Positions 38,431 to 51,961 of a stretch of DNA of 64,000 nt are shown one piece after another. The notes below the pieces were generated by a model. The model had not been told where the DNA came from and ran no database searches. It saw nothing but the letters and a program-made list of their open reading frames with translations. Source of the stretch: Octopus sinensis (taxonomy: Eukaryota); assembly GCF_006345805.1 (NCBI RefSeq), contig NC_043004.1, positions 2,480,001 through 2,544,000 of the forward strand. Reading direction: 5' to 3'. The position numbers and the translations under genes were made by a program. Positions within the stretch are counted from its first letter, which is position 1. The number at the start of each line of letters is the position of its first letter.

Positions 38431-39984
38431 TATGTGTGTGTGTATACATATATAATATCATATATTTATCAAATATATTAGTATTGGATTGCATTACCTT
38501 ATGTTATCTCCACTGAAAGACGAGGACCTGAGCATGTTCTCTTCACCAAGGGATCATACGAGCTTGATGATGATACTCTGGCACACGGACTCAACATAGC
38601 TGAGCAGAGGTCTACAGTTTTTATACTCATACGCAGGAGTAGTTAAGTCAATTACAGTCGATCCCGTTGCACAACCGGTAGTTATGCTATCGACCCAGAA
38701 ATAATAAAATGAAAAGTCTGCTTCAGCGGGATTTGACCTGAGAACGTAAAAACGGATGAAATACCGCTAAACCCGGTGTGCTAATGCTGCTGACAGTTCG
38801 CCGTCTTGTGTCAATAAATGTGTGTGTACTAATGTGTGTGTGTGTGCACGCGCATTCATACATAACCATATGTATTAACTTATTGATCTGTCCGCATATG
38901 TGGCCGTAATATATGCTTGTATCTATTGATGTATACATGTTTATACATGTATAGTACATACATATTTAGGTGTTTATTTTAATTTATGCAAATATCTATT
39001 AACCAAATATTGTACGCTAAAGACACATGTACAAACATACACATATACCCACATGTTTATAGGTATATGTAGATGTGGGCATATATGTGTATGTGTGCAT
39101 GTGTGTATGTAGATGTAAATTAAGAGAGATGCAAAAGAGAAAAAAGGGTTGAAATAAGCTTTGAACCAGTGAAAGAGACAGAACGAAATGAGAAGAGAAA
39201 AGAGTGCTGAGTGGGCAGAAGGAATGAATACACAATTATAGAGTGTACAGCCCTCTGGTGAGGAGAGAGAATGAAGTTAGGGTGGAAAATGTAGCAAGAC
39301 GGTATCAAGGATGAACTAATGAAATAAATAGGAGACATGATAGAGTTAATGAGAATGAGTGACCAAGCGAGAGAGTGAGGACAAGGTTTTGGGGAAAAGA
39401 GCAATGAATGTTATGTCTGTGTGTGTGTGTGTGTATGTGAAGAGGGAGAGAAAGACAGACAGATAGATAGAAACAGTGGCAGGCAGGGATAGAAACAGAA
39501 TAAAATAACTGGTAAACATATTTAAAAATAGTGAGATAGAAAGAGTAAAGGGTGCAGAGTGGGAAATAGTCGGCCGTGTTAATATGGCTCGAAGGAAGAA
39601 ATGAGAGCAGGAAGAAAATAGTATAAGAAGCAGAAGATAATTGAATTTTATTATAATTACGATCGTGTCAGGCTGATTGAAGGGAGCAGAGGTGTTTTCT
39701 GAGATGTTTATGTTATTTTTAAGCATTGCATAGAAAAAGAAGCTATTAGAGAGGAAGAAATGTGAAGTGAGAGTAGATATAATAATCACAATTTATCTCT
39801 GCCCTTCTTCCCCCCGTTAAAAAAACTATCAGAGTTGAATTGCTTTATCAATTGCTACTAAATCATTTAGATTCATAATTTCTTCCGTTTTATACACATA
39901 TGCTTCTTCGTCCGGCGAACATCGACTTTTTTTGTCTGTTTTACTTCCTATTTTTTCTTAACGATCTGTACTGGGGGAAGATTC

Positions 39985-40420
39985 TGCGCCCATAGCCTTC
40001 CCAGACTCCCACAGGACCGGTGAGACTGATGCAGGTTATCTTTTTGGTGGACATTTGGAAGTTGGTGGCTGCAGGATAAACATGGGCAGGGAAGGGTTTC
40101 AGAGGACGGATGCTCCGAGTGAAGGCGAAGTGGTTAGTAAAAATTTGTAACGTGAACAAATTATGATAGATGAGAAAACAACAAGCGAAAGGATAAGGAG
40201 TAGCTGAGTAATGAGACGAGATCAGGCAATTCCGTGGAGCAGAGGCCAGTGTGGTAATGTTAGAGAAGTTGAACAGAGCATCAGACCATCAGATGCTGAG
40301 GTGGGTTAGTAAATGATAGCATGTCAGTAAGACGAGGGGCTTTCTTTTGGATGCGGGACGGGTTTGTAACAGCTGCAATGTCCGGTGTAGCAGTTGTATT
40401 TAAGTGTAGGTCTCACATTA
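39985..40420 (-). mobile_element. Decayed Jockey/CR1-group LINE 3' end
   Basis: IQKKAPRL.., HYHTGLCSTEL, PAHVYPAATNFQM..KKI resemble ORF2 C-terminal motifs (IQ.+A.RL; YRYY.G.CS.EL; WN.LP..VFP). Confidence 0.6.
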
Positions 40421-41089
40421 GGTTTGTATTGAGCTAAAATTTGTTGGGGCTATAAAGTATTTCTGACTTTGAAAAGAAGGTCAGTCTTTGTTATGTTGAA
40501 TATTTGAAAACGTCATGAGAAATCTCAAGTAACGATGAGGCCCAGCGTCTGTCACAACATTCCGGTTCTAGGGGTATGTTAATCAGGTTGAGGGAGGGTG
40601 GAGGTGTGCTTTTTTTTTCTTTTTAGATATGATTAGTGATTGCATTTTGCGATGTTAATGAGTTGCTATGTTCTTTGCAGAAAGTCTTCGAAGCCTCTGC
40701 TTATGAAGACAGTGTGGATCCGGCAGCTATATCGAACTATTAGGCTGTCTTGCTCACAGAACTTTCTCTGTCTTGTATTACATCCAATTCCAAGCTTTTC
40801 ACATTGGCGGAATCACCTCCAAACATATCCCCTTACTCCACAAGGTTCACAGCCATTTATTTCTTTAAATTCCTCTCTTCCACTCATTTGTGTGTACGAA
40901 ACGCACGAAACTTTGAATTCTCAAAGTCTAACAGGGTGACATATTTCAGTATCTCTATATAGAGAGATATTTTCAGCGGTTGATTTAGGGTTCATACACT
41001 GTGGAGTGGAGCAACACAGGACACACGAGTGAAATTGAATATTACAATGACAGTGATGCATTTGAGCATTTCTAAATCACTAACAGGCA

Positions 41090-41137
<48 letters not shown>

Positions 41138-44100
41138 GTTTGTATGTCATTTTTCAGTTTTATTTCAAGATTTCTTGCCAATAGAGAAACTGCTTGTTTC
41201 TAACCTAGATCCAAGGCTCATTCATTGGAATTTCAACATCAGTAACAGGGTTTTTTTGTTCGGTCGTATAGGAAGTAGGCTTATGTGCAGCACAAATAAT
41301 TGAACACTAATAAACAAACCATCTGCAGATCGCTCACCAAGAAGTTGCAGAATCGTGTTTCCTTGGCCGAGAGACTACCATTAATACATTATATGTATGT
41401 AAGAATATATGTATGTACGTACGTACGGACGTACGGACGTACGTAGATACATACATAACACAAACACACACACACACACACATACATATTTACATACATC
41501 TATAAATACATGCACACACACGTTATAAGTTTCAGGGAATGCGAACACAGTTCATTTTCAATTCAACACTGTAGTTATTGAATGAAATATTTCAGTTCGA
41601 ATACTTTAGCATTAAAGTTAAGTATTGTCAAAGTTTGTCATTGCTTTGCAGAATAAGAACGCTTAAAACATGTCCCTATTCTGCATATTTGCAATGTCTT
41701 TATGTTGGTCGCTGAATATTTGCAAACAACTGCAAACACATTAAATTTATTTATATGGTTTCATTAAAATAATCGCCACTTATATTAATAACCCGATCAA
41801 TGCATGGTTTTTGTTGACTCCATCAGATAATCTCCATATACTTTCTCTGCTTCCTATGTGTTCCTCTATCAATTAGCTATAATATCTTACTTTTGTGCAA
41901 TGTCATCCCTCTGTCCACGTTAAAAATCAAACGGAATAAACGACCGCAAAGTTGAAAATAAATCCATATCGTGTTACACTGAGCTGATTTTTTTTAAAGC
42001 CAAAACTCTAAACAACGTACATTAGAACACAAAATAAAGTAATTTAATCACTGACAGAATCTCTCAGAGGTGTGTATCACCAGTCGATGTTGTCAACTCA
42101 ATAATGACACCGCTACTTATGAAAGAACATTAGATTTCAGAATATGCTTTTACATATTGTTACGAAATACTCTGTAATCGAGTAGAGGGGAAGATTTTAT
42201 GCATATTTTTATTAGATATACATAGCTTCTCTCTGTGAGTTTCTGGTACGTGGGTGTATTTTCAAAAGCGATGCGATGTGTAAATTGCATTAGTATGTAA
42301 ATTTATGGCTTCATGTTTGCAGTTGTCCAAGACTGTCTAAAGAATATATATGGAATATCTGCGTCGATACTGAATCACAGTTTACAAACTATTCTCTCAT
42401 GAAGTCATATATTCTCTAACTCACTACATGCTTCTAATTCCTGCACGGCTAAGCTGCCAGTTTACCATTAGTAACTTTATATGAGATTTTTATTTAAATT
42501 ATCTAAAGATCTGGAATAAAATATTGGGACCCAAAATAGTATTTACGGATCTCATTTTGATATTTCGTAGGTGAGGACATAATGGGAGTGGAATATATTT
42601 TTAGTAAGATGTTATTGTTGCGTGAAACCAGGTTAATCTTCACGTAGCATACCTTTGGTCAAACGAATGCCAGCCATAATCTTAGGGGTGATCTGGATAT
42701 TACCCAGCATACTTTACTTTTATAAACGGTACGGTACAATGTAAAGGAGATTCAATATTATTTATACCAGACTAAGCGAACAGTTAAATGTGTTGGCATA
42801 CCACACTTTGGTGCCAGTTGCGCTTTCAGATTTTTGTCATTTACAGTTAACATCAATCACGAAGTGGATAATTTAGAGATTATGTTAGTCTTTCAAATGT
42901 AAATTCACCTGGCTACGTTGGTTCAGCGCTATCATATTTCTGCTACAGACATTTCCAACTAGAATTTTACCGGTTCCATTCCATAATCGAAGAGGTTTAG
43001 TATACTAATTCACAGCGTACAAAAGATACTACAAATATACTTCATTGATATATTTTGGAAGATAATTCAACATACCTTCTCTTTCAAAACTTTGCATCCG
43101 AGAAATGGTTCCTATAAAATGTTCTAAAAATTATGCAGATGACCGGTTTTGCATTTTAGAACAAAACACCAACGAATATCTTTACAGATTATGTGCATGC
43201 TTAATTTGTGATTTTATTTTTGTAAATTTTCTATAAAACGTAAAACATAAAAGTGAGTAAATGTAAAATTCATTGTACAATTATTCATTGTGAGCCAATT
43301 TGTTATGGTACAGGTGTATCAATGTTGGGTGTTTGTTCCATTATTTTCTGCTGGTTGAAGTCTTTTAAGGATATCTTTGCAGAATTCCCAATTTACATCT
43401 TGTTTATTTTTTTTTAAAGATAACTTTTGGAAGTATGTATATTTAATATATCAAATGTAAAGGGTGGATTTTGCAGGGACGGGATCAAATTTTTAGGCAT
43501 CAGTTTTTGGTATAAGTTTAAATGCCTAAGATAGAATCATTTAACATTCAAATTTAATTCAAATGAGAAAATTCAGTGAGAATATTATTTATATATTTAA
43601 AACATTAATATGACAATTTATGTTTATTAAAAAACGTATTTCACTTGTCGATTTCAAAATACGATTTATTTTTTGTTCGACCAAAAATTCTTTACAATAT
43701 TTATTTTGGTAAGAAACAATTAAAATTAATCAATAGAAATAATTATTAATTAAAATAATTAATACGACTAGTTATAACCAAATTTAGGACTGGATTATAT
43801 TCCAAAAAATTAATCAAATATATTAAAATGTTATAAATAAATGAAATTAGGTATTGAAAAAAACTTTATCGCTGACAAATTTACCATAAAGAAAAAATAT
43901 TCCACGTCTATTTAAATAATTTTATATACGATTCGTTGCAATAACACATCAATAAAATTTTTTTTTAAACTTGAAAAACTTTTTTTAGAAATATATACTT
44001 TATAAAACTTATTTCTGACTTTGGTCATTTTTGTATATGGCTTTGTTCTTCAGCTAACTTTTGATAATTTTCCTCCCGTTTATCATGTCTGTCGGCAGTG

Positions 44101-44429
44101 AGCGAAGCAAATACTGGATAAGAGAGACACCAAGCGTCATTGCAAGATTCTGTATGACATCCAGGGCATTAACAACGTAGCCAGCTGATACTTGTTTATT
44201 AAGGGTAGCATTAGACGCAATCCCGAACTGCTGCGCTCAACATATGTTCTCAAACTAGACGATTCAAATTTTTGAGGTTCATCAGAATACATTTCAAACC
44301 AATTATCTCTAGTGGCAATAAACCCACTTATTTTTGTAAGAAAAACAAGAATCGTAAATCTCACATAACATTTAGTTATCATTCTTTTATCTCTCCCAGC
44401 CACCAACTATATCCCCAATGCAGTATTTA

Positions 44430-45297
44430 CAGTGTTCGACGGTCAAATTGTCGCCATTTTATAGTTTTTTTTATTTCGCGCATCCGCATCTATTGTTTTT
44501 GGTTTTGTCGACTACACAGTATAAGAAGGTCAGTTGGGCACTGTCTGTGAGAAAAATAGCACCATGAAGCAATTTTGCCTGCCAGAAATTTTGAAACGAT
44601 ATGCTGTACTGCTTGGCATTTGCGCCAGAAGTTCCAATGGGAACATTTCAGAGTATTTGGGTGTCAATCTGAGGAGAGTGCAATCTGAGGACATGTACGA
44701 GAGTGATAAAAATCAAACATCCAGTCAACATCATGGTGTTTGGAGTGATCACTAGGGATGGCGACGTTATACTTCCATGCATCTTCCCACACAGCTTCAG
44801 ACTCAACACAGAGGCCTACATCAAGTTATTGAATGAAGTACTGCTGCCCTGGGTCAATGAGGTAGCTACTGGAAAAATTGGTCGGCAACAGAACTCTGCA
44901 CTGTGCAATACCAGCAGGAGAACCCAGTTATAGCTGTCAGACAATTTCTGCGACCACATCACCCTTATCATCTGACCACCTAACTCCCCAGACTGCAACC
45001 CCCTTGATTATTATGTGTGGGGTGCAGTTGGGCGAGAGACCAACAAGGACTCTTTGTAACACCAAAGATAAACTGAAGGCAAGGATTATGGCTGCATTCA
45101 CCAACTTAAACAAGGAGACCGTCCAGAAGAGTTGCACGAGATTCAGTAGTCATCTGGAGGTTGTTGCTGAAGCCAATGGTGATTTTATTGAATAAATTTA
45201 CACTTTAGTATTTCAAGATATTTTTATGTAATTTTGGTAAATCTGTCTGTTATTTTCATTTTTGCGTAATTTAGACGAGTTTATTCACCGCACCCTG
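44430..45297 (+). mobile_element. Internally deleted maT/DD37D-like Tc1/mariner element
   Basis: KHPVNIMVFGVITRDG..YIKLL..LPW, QQNSA, PPNSPDCNPLDYYVWG, ..EANGDFIE*. Right end ..caccgcaccctg|TA; decayed left end TA|cagtgttcg. Confidence 0.85.
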
Positions 45298-45591
45298 TAT
45301 ATATTTCCTTATTTCTGAGCTAAGGTGATATTATTTCCTATTCGATTCCTACTAGGCAATCTAAAGTGCAACCTAATCACTCTTTTCCAATTAAATCAGC
45401 ACGTATATATACGACTAAACGTCAGCCATAGTTTGAAAAATATGAGGAACGTAACTGAAAATTTTCAACTTTTGAAGACGGCCTTCATTTCCATCATTTT
45501 CCTATCATCCACCGTATATCATTTCATGTGGAGTAAATATAGAATATTCCATATAGAATTTTCTTCGTATCGCAGGTATATTTTACATTAC

Positions 45592-45934
45592 AATGCTATG
45601 TTCCCAAAATCAATGTTTAGATTTTGAAACTAAAAACAACTTCAGCTTCAATATTCTAAAGCTGTAAAATTTCTGCGTGTTTCTTAGAAGGGAATAAATG
45701 TGCCTTTAATCAGAAACCAAACTTTAATTGTTTTTTCTTAGATTAATACATTACCGGAAGATCAATAATGAGTCTACCCCTACTCTTAATAATATCTATG
45801 TATGAAATTATGAGATCATAACAATATCACAAACAATAACTAGTTACGGAACCATAAAATTATAACACAATTATTAAATACAAAATTATGAATATTTTAT
45901 AAAATCTAAACATTGATTTTGTGAACATAGCATT
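45592..45934. mobile_element. MITE-like element with 34-bp TIRs
   Basis: aatgctatgttcccaaaatcaatgtttagatttt (45592-45625) and its reverse complement at 45901-45934, 1 mismatch. Confidence 0.7.
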
Positions 45935-45979
45935 ATTATCATGAAGATTTCGGTGCATTTTCTTATGTTTTAATATAAT

Positions 45980-46012
<33 letters not shown>

Positions 46013-46013
46013 T

Positions 46014-46048
<35 letters not shown>

Positions 46049-47499
46049 TCAGACAGAGACAGAGAGGCAGACAGACAGAGAGACAGACAGAGAAAGAGAG
46101 AGAAAACAGATAGGGAAAGAAAAATAGGAAGAGAAAGAAATGACGTGATATGAAGGAACGGAGGAAATATAGATATATTTGCAAAAATGCCCTCACACAC
46201 AATACTACTGATGATGACGTTGAAAGATAGAAGAAACTATCTCCAATCAAATGCGATTAGAAATAGTGACAGAACCTTATTTTACTCTCCATCTATCTTT
46301 GGGTTTGCTGTCACAGTTTGTCAAATAAATGTAAGCAAAACTCCAGTAAAAATATAAAAGAAACTGAAAATCAAAAGTCAAAACAAGAGAAAAAAAAGAA
46401 AATCAGTGTTGTGATTTTAGTTTTGATCACGTGATTTTGATTGTCTCGTTTGCTGTCATTTGCCTGCAGTGCGGCTGCGCGGTGTCCTGTTCTGTTTCCG
46501 GCACGACGTGTTCAGTGTTGGTTTTTAGATAGTCGAGACTGTAGCAAATCGCTGCATAAAACTATTATTGCGTTGAAGTTTGGGTTTGCTTACAATTTAG
46601 CAATCTTTGTTTGTATTGTAGATTGCTGTATTTTTAGTCGATTCAAACTTTTCAAACAATAACTAGTTACGGAACCATAAATTATTATTGTAGTCGTTAT
46701 TAGATATTGAAACTATCGAAATACAATATGGCCGGCTTTTTAATCTGGTTCGACCCTTTATAAGGTGATTACTGTCTGAACACCAATCGCATATTCGATT
46801 ATTTTAATTTCTGCTTGTTATAAACCCAAACTGGAATATCTAAGTTTGAAAAGTTTGAATCGACTAAAAATACAGCAATCTACAATACAAACAAAGATTG
46901 CTAAATTGTAAGCAAACCAAACTTCAACGCAATAATAGTTTTATGCAGCGATTTGCTACAGTCTCGACTATCTAAAAACCAACACTGAACACGTCGTGCC
47001 GGAAACAGAACAGGACACCGCGCAGCCGCACTGCAGGCAAATGACAGCAAACGAGACAATCAAAATCACGTGATCAAAACTAAAATCACAACACTGATTT
47101 TCTTTTTTTTTTTCTCTTGTTTTGACTTTTGATTTTCAGTTTCTTTTATATTTTTACTGGAGTTTTGCTTACATTTATTTGACAAACTGTGACAGCAAAC
47201 CCAAAGATAGATGGAGAGTAAAATAAGGTTCTGTCACTATTTCTAATCGCATTTGATTGGAGATAGTTTCTTCTATCTTATAACTAGTTACGGAAACTCA
47301 TAATTTCATACATAGATATTATTAAGAGTAGGGGTAGACTCATTATTGATCTTCCGGTAATGTATTAATCTAAGAAAAAACAATTAAAGTTTGGTTTCTG
47401 ATTAAAGGCACATTTATTCCCTTCTAAGAAACACGCAGAAATTTTACAGCTTTAGAATATTGAAGCTGAAGTTGTTTTTAGTTTCAAAATCTAAACATT

Positions 47500-47532
<33 letters not shown>

Positions 47533-47533
47533 T

Positions 47534-47568
<35 letters not shown>

Positions 47569-48339
47569 TCAGACAGAGACAGAGAGGCAGACAGACAGAG
47601 AGACAGACAGAGAAAGAGAGAGAAAACAGATAGGGAAAGAAAAATAGGAAGAGAAAGAAATGACGTGATATGAAGGAACGGAGGAAATATAGATATATTT
47701 GCAAAAATGCCCTCACACACAATACTACTGATGATGACGTTGAAAGATAGAAGAAACTATCTCCAATCAAATGCGATTAGAAATAGTGACAGAACCTTAT
47801 TTTACTCTCCATCTATCTTTGGGTTTGCTGTCACAGTTTGTCAAATAAATGTAAGCAAAACTCCAGTAAAAATATAAAAGAAACTGAAAATCAAAAGTCA
47901 AAACAAGAGAAAAAAAAGAAAATCAGTGTTGTGATTTTAGTTTTGATCACGTGATTTTGATTGTCTCGTTTGCTGTCATTTGCCTGCAGTGCGGCTGCGC
48001 GGTGTCCTGTTCTGTTTCCGGCACGACGTGTTCAGTGTTGGTTTTTAGATAGTCGAGACTGTAGCAAATCGCTGCATAAAACTATTATTGCGTTGAAGTT
48101 TGGGTTTGCTTACAATTTAGCAATCTTTGTTTGTATTGTAGATTGCTGTATTTTTAGTCGATTCAAACTTTTCAAACTTAGATATTCCAGTTTGGGTTTA
48201 TAACAAGCAGAAATTAAAATAATCGAATATGCGATTGGTGTTCAGACAGTAATCACCTTATAAAGGGTCGAACCAGATTAAAAAGCCGGCCATATTGTAT
48301 TTCGATAGTTTCAATATCTAATAACGACTACAATAATAA
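45610..48339. repeat. Complex direct + inverted segmental duplication
   Basis: 45984-46657 = ~47500-48177 (direct, offset 1520); 46682-47279 = reverse complement of 47744-48339; 47297-47501 = reverse complement of 45610-45814. Confidence 0.97.
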
Positions 48340-48803
48340 GTGATGAAAATACTTAGAGACTGAACGAATCAAACAGACACTGATCAAATAGATAAGAATG
48401 TTGAGTTATCTACAGCTTAGAGGACAGAATGTGAAATGTCGTCTCTACCTGTATAATGGTCCAAATTATTCCAGGACACATTTGCGTCTTACCAGTAACA
48501 CACAGCTAAATCTTAGCAACGAGGTATTTGCTTATATCTATTCTTCAATAGATGTACGCTGTGCTCAATAAGGCACAGCGCACATCTTAACAAAAATACC
48601 TATCTAAAGTCCTTGTTGTGACCTGACGGATGACTAAAGACTCCGGTGCATTTTTGCCTACACTGTGTTACGAAGGAATAAATGCCATCATCTGGTTACT
48701 ACAGAAATTATTATTATTATTTTTTTTTTCTTCTTCTTTCAAATTTGCTTCCATTTCTTGCCGAGCGTCTTCCCGACTCCCTCCTAGGGCAAAGAAAATC
48801 ATA

Positions 48804-48858
<55 letters not shown>

Positions 48859-48867
48859 GTTATTATT

Positions 48868-49412
48868 GAATGAGAGAGCAGCTCATGCCATCAAAGTGAC
48901 ACTGGGGTAAAATATACGAAGCCCAATATACCCATCATGACTACCCGTCTGATAAGGGCACACCAGGCACATGCATCACAACCATATGTGCGCGACATGG
49001 TGATCTCATATCAAGATAAACTGCACATGACCTTGCAGGTGGGGCCCACTTAGAATTTTCTTCAGGTTGAGTAGCCCATCCCGCTCAAACGGTCCCTGAA
49101 TAAGGGTTGTTTAAGGATGTTGAAAAAACCACCCATGTCTCCAGAGGTGAATTATTCAAACCCCAAAGAATCCCTATCAACACATGGCTATGATGCTTCC
49201 CCACTACTTCTGCTCGTGATCAGAGATGCACATATCGTCAGCCACTAACCAACTGGTTAAGGTCAAACAACTGACAAGCAAATCTGTGGTATTGAGCAGA
49301 ATATTTGCTGTAGCCCATCTTTTATACCAAGACAGAACAATGTACATGATAACACTTCCAATCAGTTAAGATCAGAAGCCATGAGAGCCACTGCCTGGTA
49401 CTGCATCAGGGC
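48868..49412. mobile_element. Non-coding ~545-bp element inserted in (ATT)n
   Basis: Complex, GC-richer block sharply bounded by (ATT)n tracts on both sides; no ORF. Confidence 0.6.
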
Positions 49413-49429
49413 TTATATTATTGTTATTA

Positions 49430-49460
<31 letters not shown>

Positions 49461-49482
49461 TATCATCATTATCATTATTATC

Positions 49483-49514
<32 letters not shown>

Positions 49515-49546
49515 CATTATTATTATTATTATTATCATTATTATCA

Positions 49547-49604
<58 letters not shown>

Positions 49605-49736
49605 CTCAACTAACACTACAGAGTTCCTGAAGTTGATCCAACGGAAATATAACCCGACTGTGGATGACACCAGGTGGACCCAATCTACTCAACACTTCAA
49701 CACACTATTCGACATATACACATTAGTCCAAAATAT

Positions 49737-49770
<34 letters not shown>

Positions 49771-50136
49771 ATATGCATATGGATACCAAATATATGTGTA
49801 CCATCATCTTGTAATTGACGGTATATTGTCAAGAAGAACAGAAGCAAATACCACTCAGTTAAGATCCATGTGTGTGCTCGGCGAAAGGCCGTGTGTGAAT
49901 GAGTAGAAACAATTTCGTTTTTGCTAAATTTAAAAGATCCAACTCTCAACAAACTCATTTAAACATGTTTTTAAATATGCAGAATGTGTAGCACGTTTTC
50001 AGATATGTTTGCGTATATTTTGTTTGCGTAATGCAAGTACATGTCTCACTTGGGTTTTTCCTGTTTCTCGTATATGAGGGAATTCTCACAATGCTTTTAC
50101 TCGTAAAGTTAATTTCGTGACTTCAGTAAATACTAT

Positions 50137-50544
50137 TTGTTTCTTTATTACCAACAAGGGGATAAACACAGAGGGGACAAACAAGGACAGACAAACGGAT
50201 TAAGTCGATTAAGTGCATAACTGGTACTTAATTTATCGACCACGAATGGATGAAAGGCAAAATCGACCTCGGTGGAATTTGAACTCAGAACGTAGCAACG
50301 GGTGAAATACCTACTTCTTTACTACCCAGAAGGGGCTAAACACAGAGGTGACAAACAAGGACAGACAAACGGATTAAGTCGATTACATCGACCCCAGTGC
50401 GTAACAGGTACTTAATTTATCGACCCCGAATGGATGAAAGGCAAAATCGACCTCGGCGGAATTTGAACTCAGAACGTAGCGGCAGACAAAATACCGCTAA
50501 GCATTTCGCCCATCGTGCTAACGTCTCTGCCAGCTCGCCGCCTT
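50137..50544 (-). mobile_element. SINE family A dimer with 16-bp TSD
   Basis: TSD cttcagtaaatactat at 50121-50136 and 50545-50560. Confidence 0.93.
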
Positions 50545-50654
50545 CTTCAGTAAATACTATCGTTGTTTTAGCTTATATATTTTCTCGTAATTCTATATTG
50601 ATATGCAACATATTGAGCGGAAGTAATTCTAACAAGAATGCGTATTGTTCGGTT

Positions 50655-51600
50655 TAGAGTTGTAGCGTAGACAAAATTTTAATATGAAAGGCTGTTGGCT
50701 CTGTCTCAAAAAGTGATCACGCAAAATAAAGCTGGCCATGTGTGAGATGAACATGGATTTGTCAGTTCAACTTCTCCAAGCCTGAGGGACTCTGCGTAAA
50801 GCTTGATAATGGTCATAGGAAATAGGCATTGTCACTGGAACCCGAAGGCGTTGTTACAGAAATGACATATCTGATGGGCCGAAGTAAATGCTTGGAATTT
50901 AAACATTTTCTCACTTGGCACACTGACGTCATAATAACGCGTTAGATCACATAGAATATAACATTTGTGGCAGGTAATCTTGTACTGTTACAGATTTTTG
51001 GTGCATCCAAATTCTTAGCAAGTTTATAGGTGCACCAAAGTTTATTAGAATATTATGAAGTTGGACAGCAGCAGTGAGCTGCAGAGATTTGTTAGACAAT
51101 GTTGGATATTTATCAGCATCGTTAACGTTAACTAGTGTGAATAGGAATGGTATTTGGTAAATGAGGATGCCATTCAGGATCCACGATGGCACGTTTACTA
51201 AAAAAATACTCTTCTTCTTTATAATTCAGGAAGAGTTTAAGATAAACGTCGGATATATTTTCTTGAGACGCGTCCCATTTCTTTCTTTCCTTTTAACTTT
51301 TTTTTTTTTTTCTTTGATATTTCTACAATTCCATTCCCAGTGTCACCTGGTTATGTTCCCTCTTCTGTTGCATTTGATATAACACTTCTCTTCTGTCATG
51401 GCATTCTGATGGTTATGCAAATGTTACTGACGACTGAATGATAAACAGGCACAGACGTGATACCAAAGAGATTTCTCATTTTGCCTGGAGACTGCAAAAT
51501 TTTCATCCTCTTTCAAGTATTCATTCCCTTTTTTTTTATTTCTGCATTATATTCCAAGAAACACCTATTATGGAAAGCTTCAAAGTTTTTTATGCAGACA
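50655..51600 (-). mobile_element. Helitron Rep-Hel relic (PIF1-family helicase C-terminus plus linker fragment)
   Basis: Frameshifted motifs KYPT..KSL, FGAPINLLR/LDAPKICNSTRL, PSDMSF, FPMTIIKL..ELTNPCSSH..QLYFA match PIF1 NL..PKLCNGTRL and AMTINKSQG..FSHGQLYVA. Upstream MRNLF and HQNAMTEE. Confidence 0.8.
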
Positions 51601-51900
51601 TAGCAAGCAAATGTATCAGGATACAAGAATAAGGTTACGCTAAGAATATTGTCAAATATAGAAAGATGACGTTTCTGTGTGACACACTGACGCCTACACT
51701 AAACTAACGCCGTATTATGACATTCGGACTCTCCCTACAGTTTGTTTGTCGGTTCATCTCCGTTTCACAGTTCGAAAGCGGCGAGATTGTCTTAAATGCA
51801 TCGGTGTCGTTTACCTTTAAACCTCCTTGCAAAAGTCGGTCGACAATGATTCACAAACATCAACGGTTATGTATATAAATATATATACACTAACACATAA

Positions 51901-51961
<61 letters not shown>

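Noticed and set aside
40640-40962. Exon-like unique sequence after TTTGCAG
   Set aside because: No recognisable protein in any frame and no convincing donor.
46441-46662. Duplicated 73/80-aa ORFs as a gene pair
   Set aside because: Non-ATG start, no motif; duplicated only as part of the rearranged segment.
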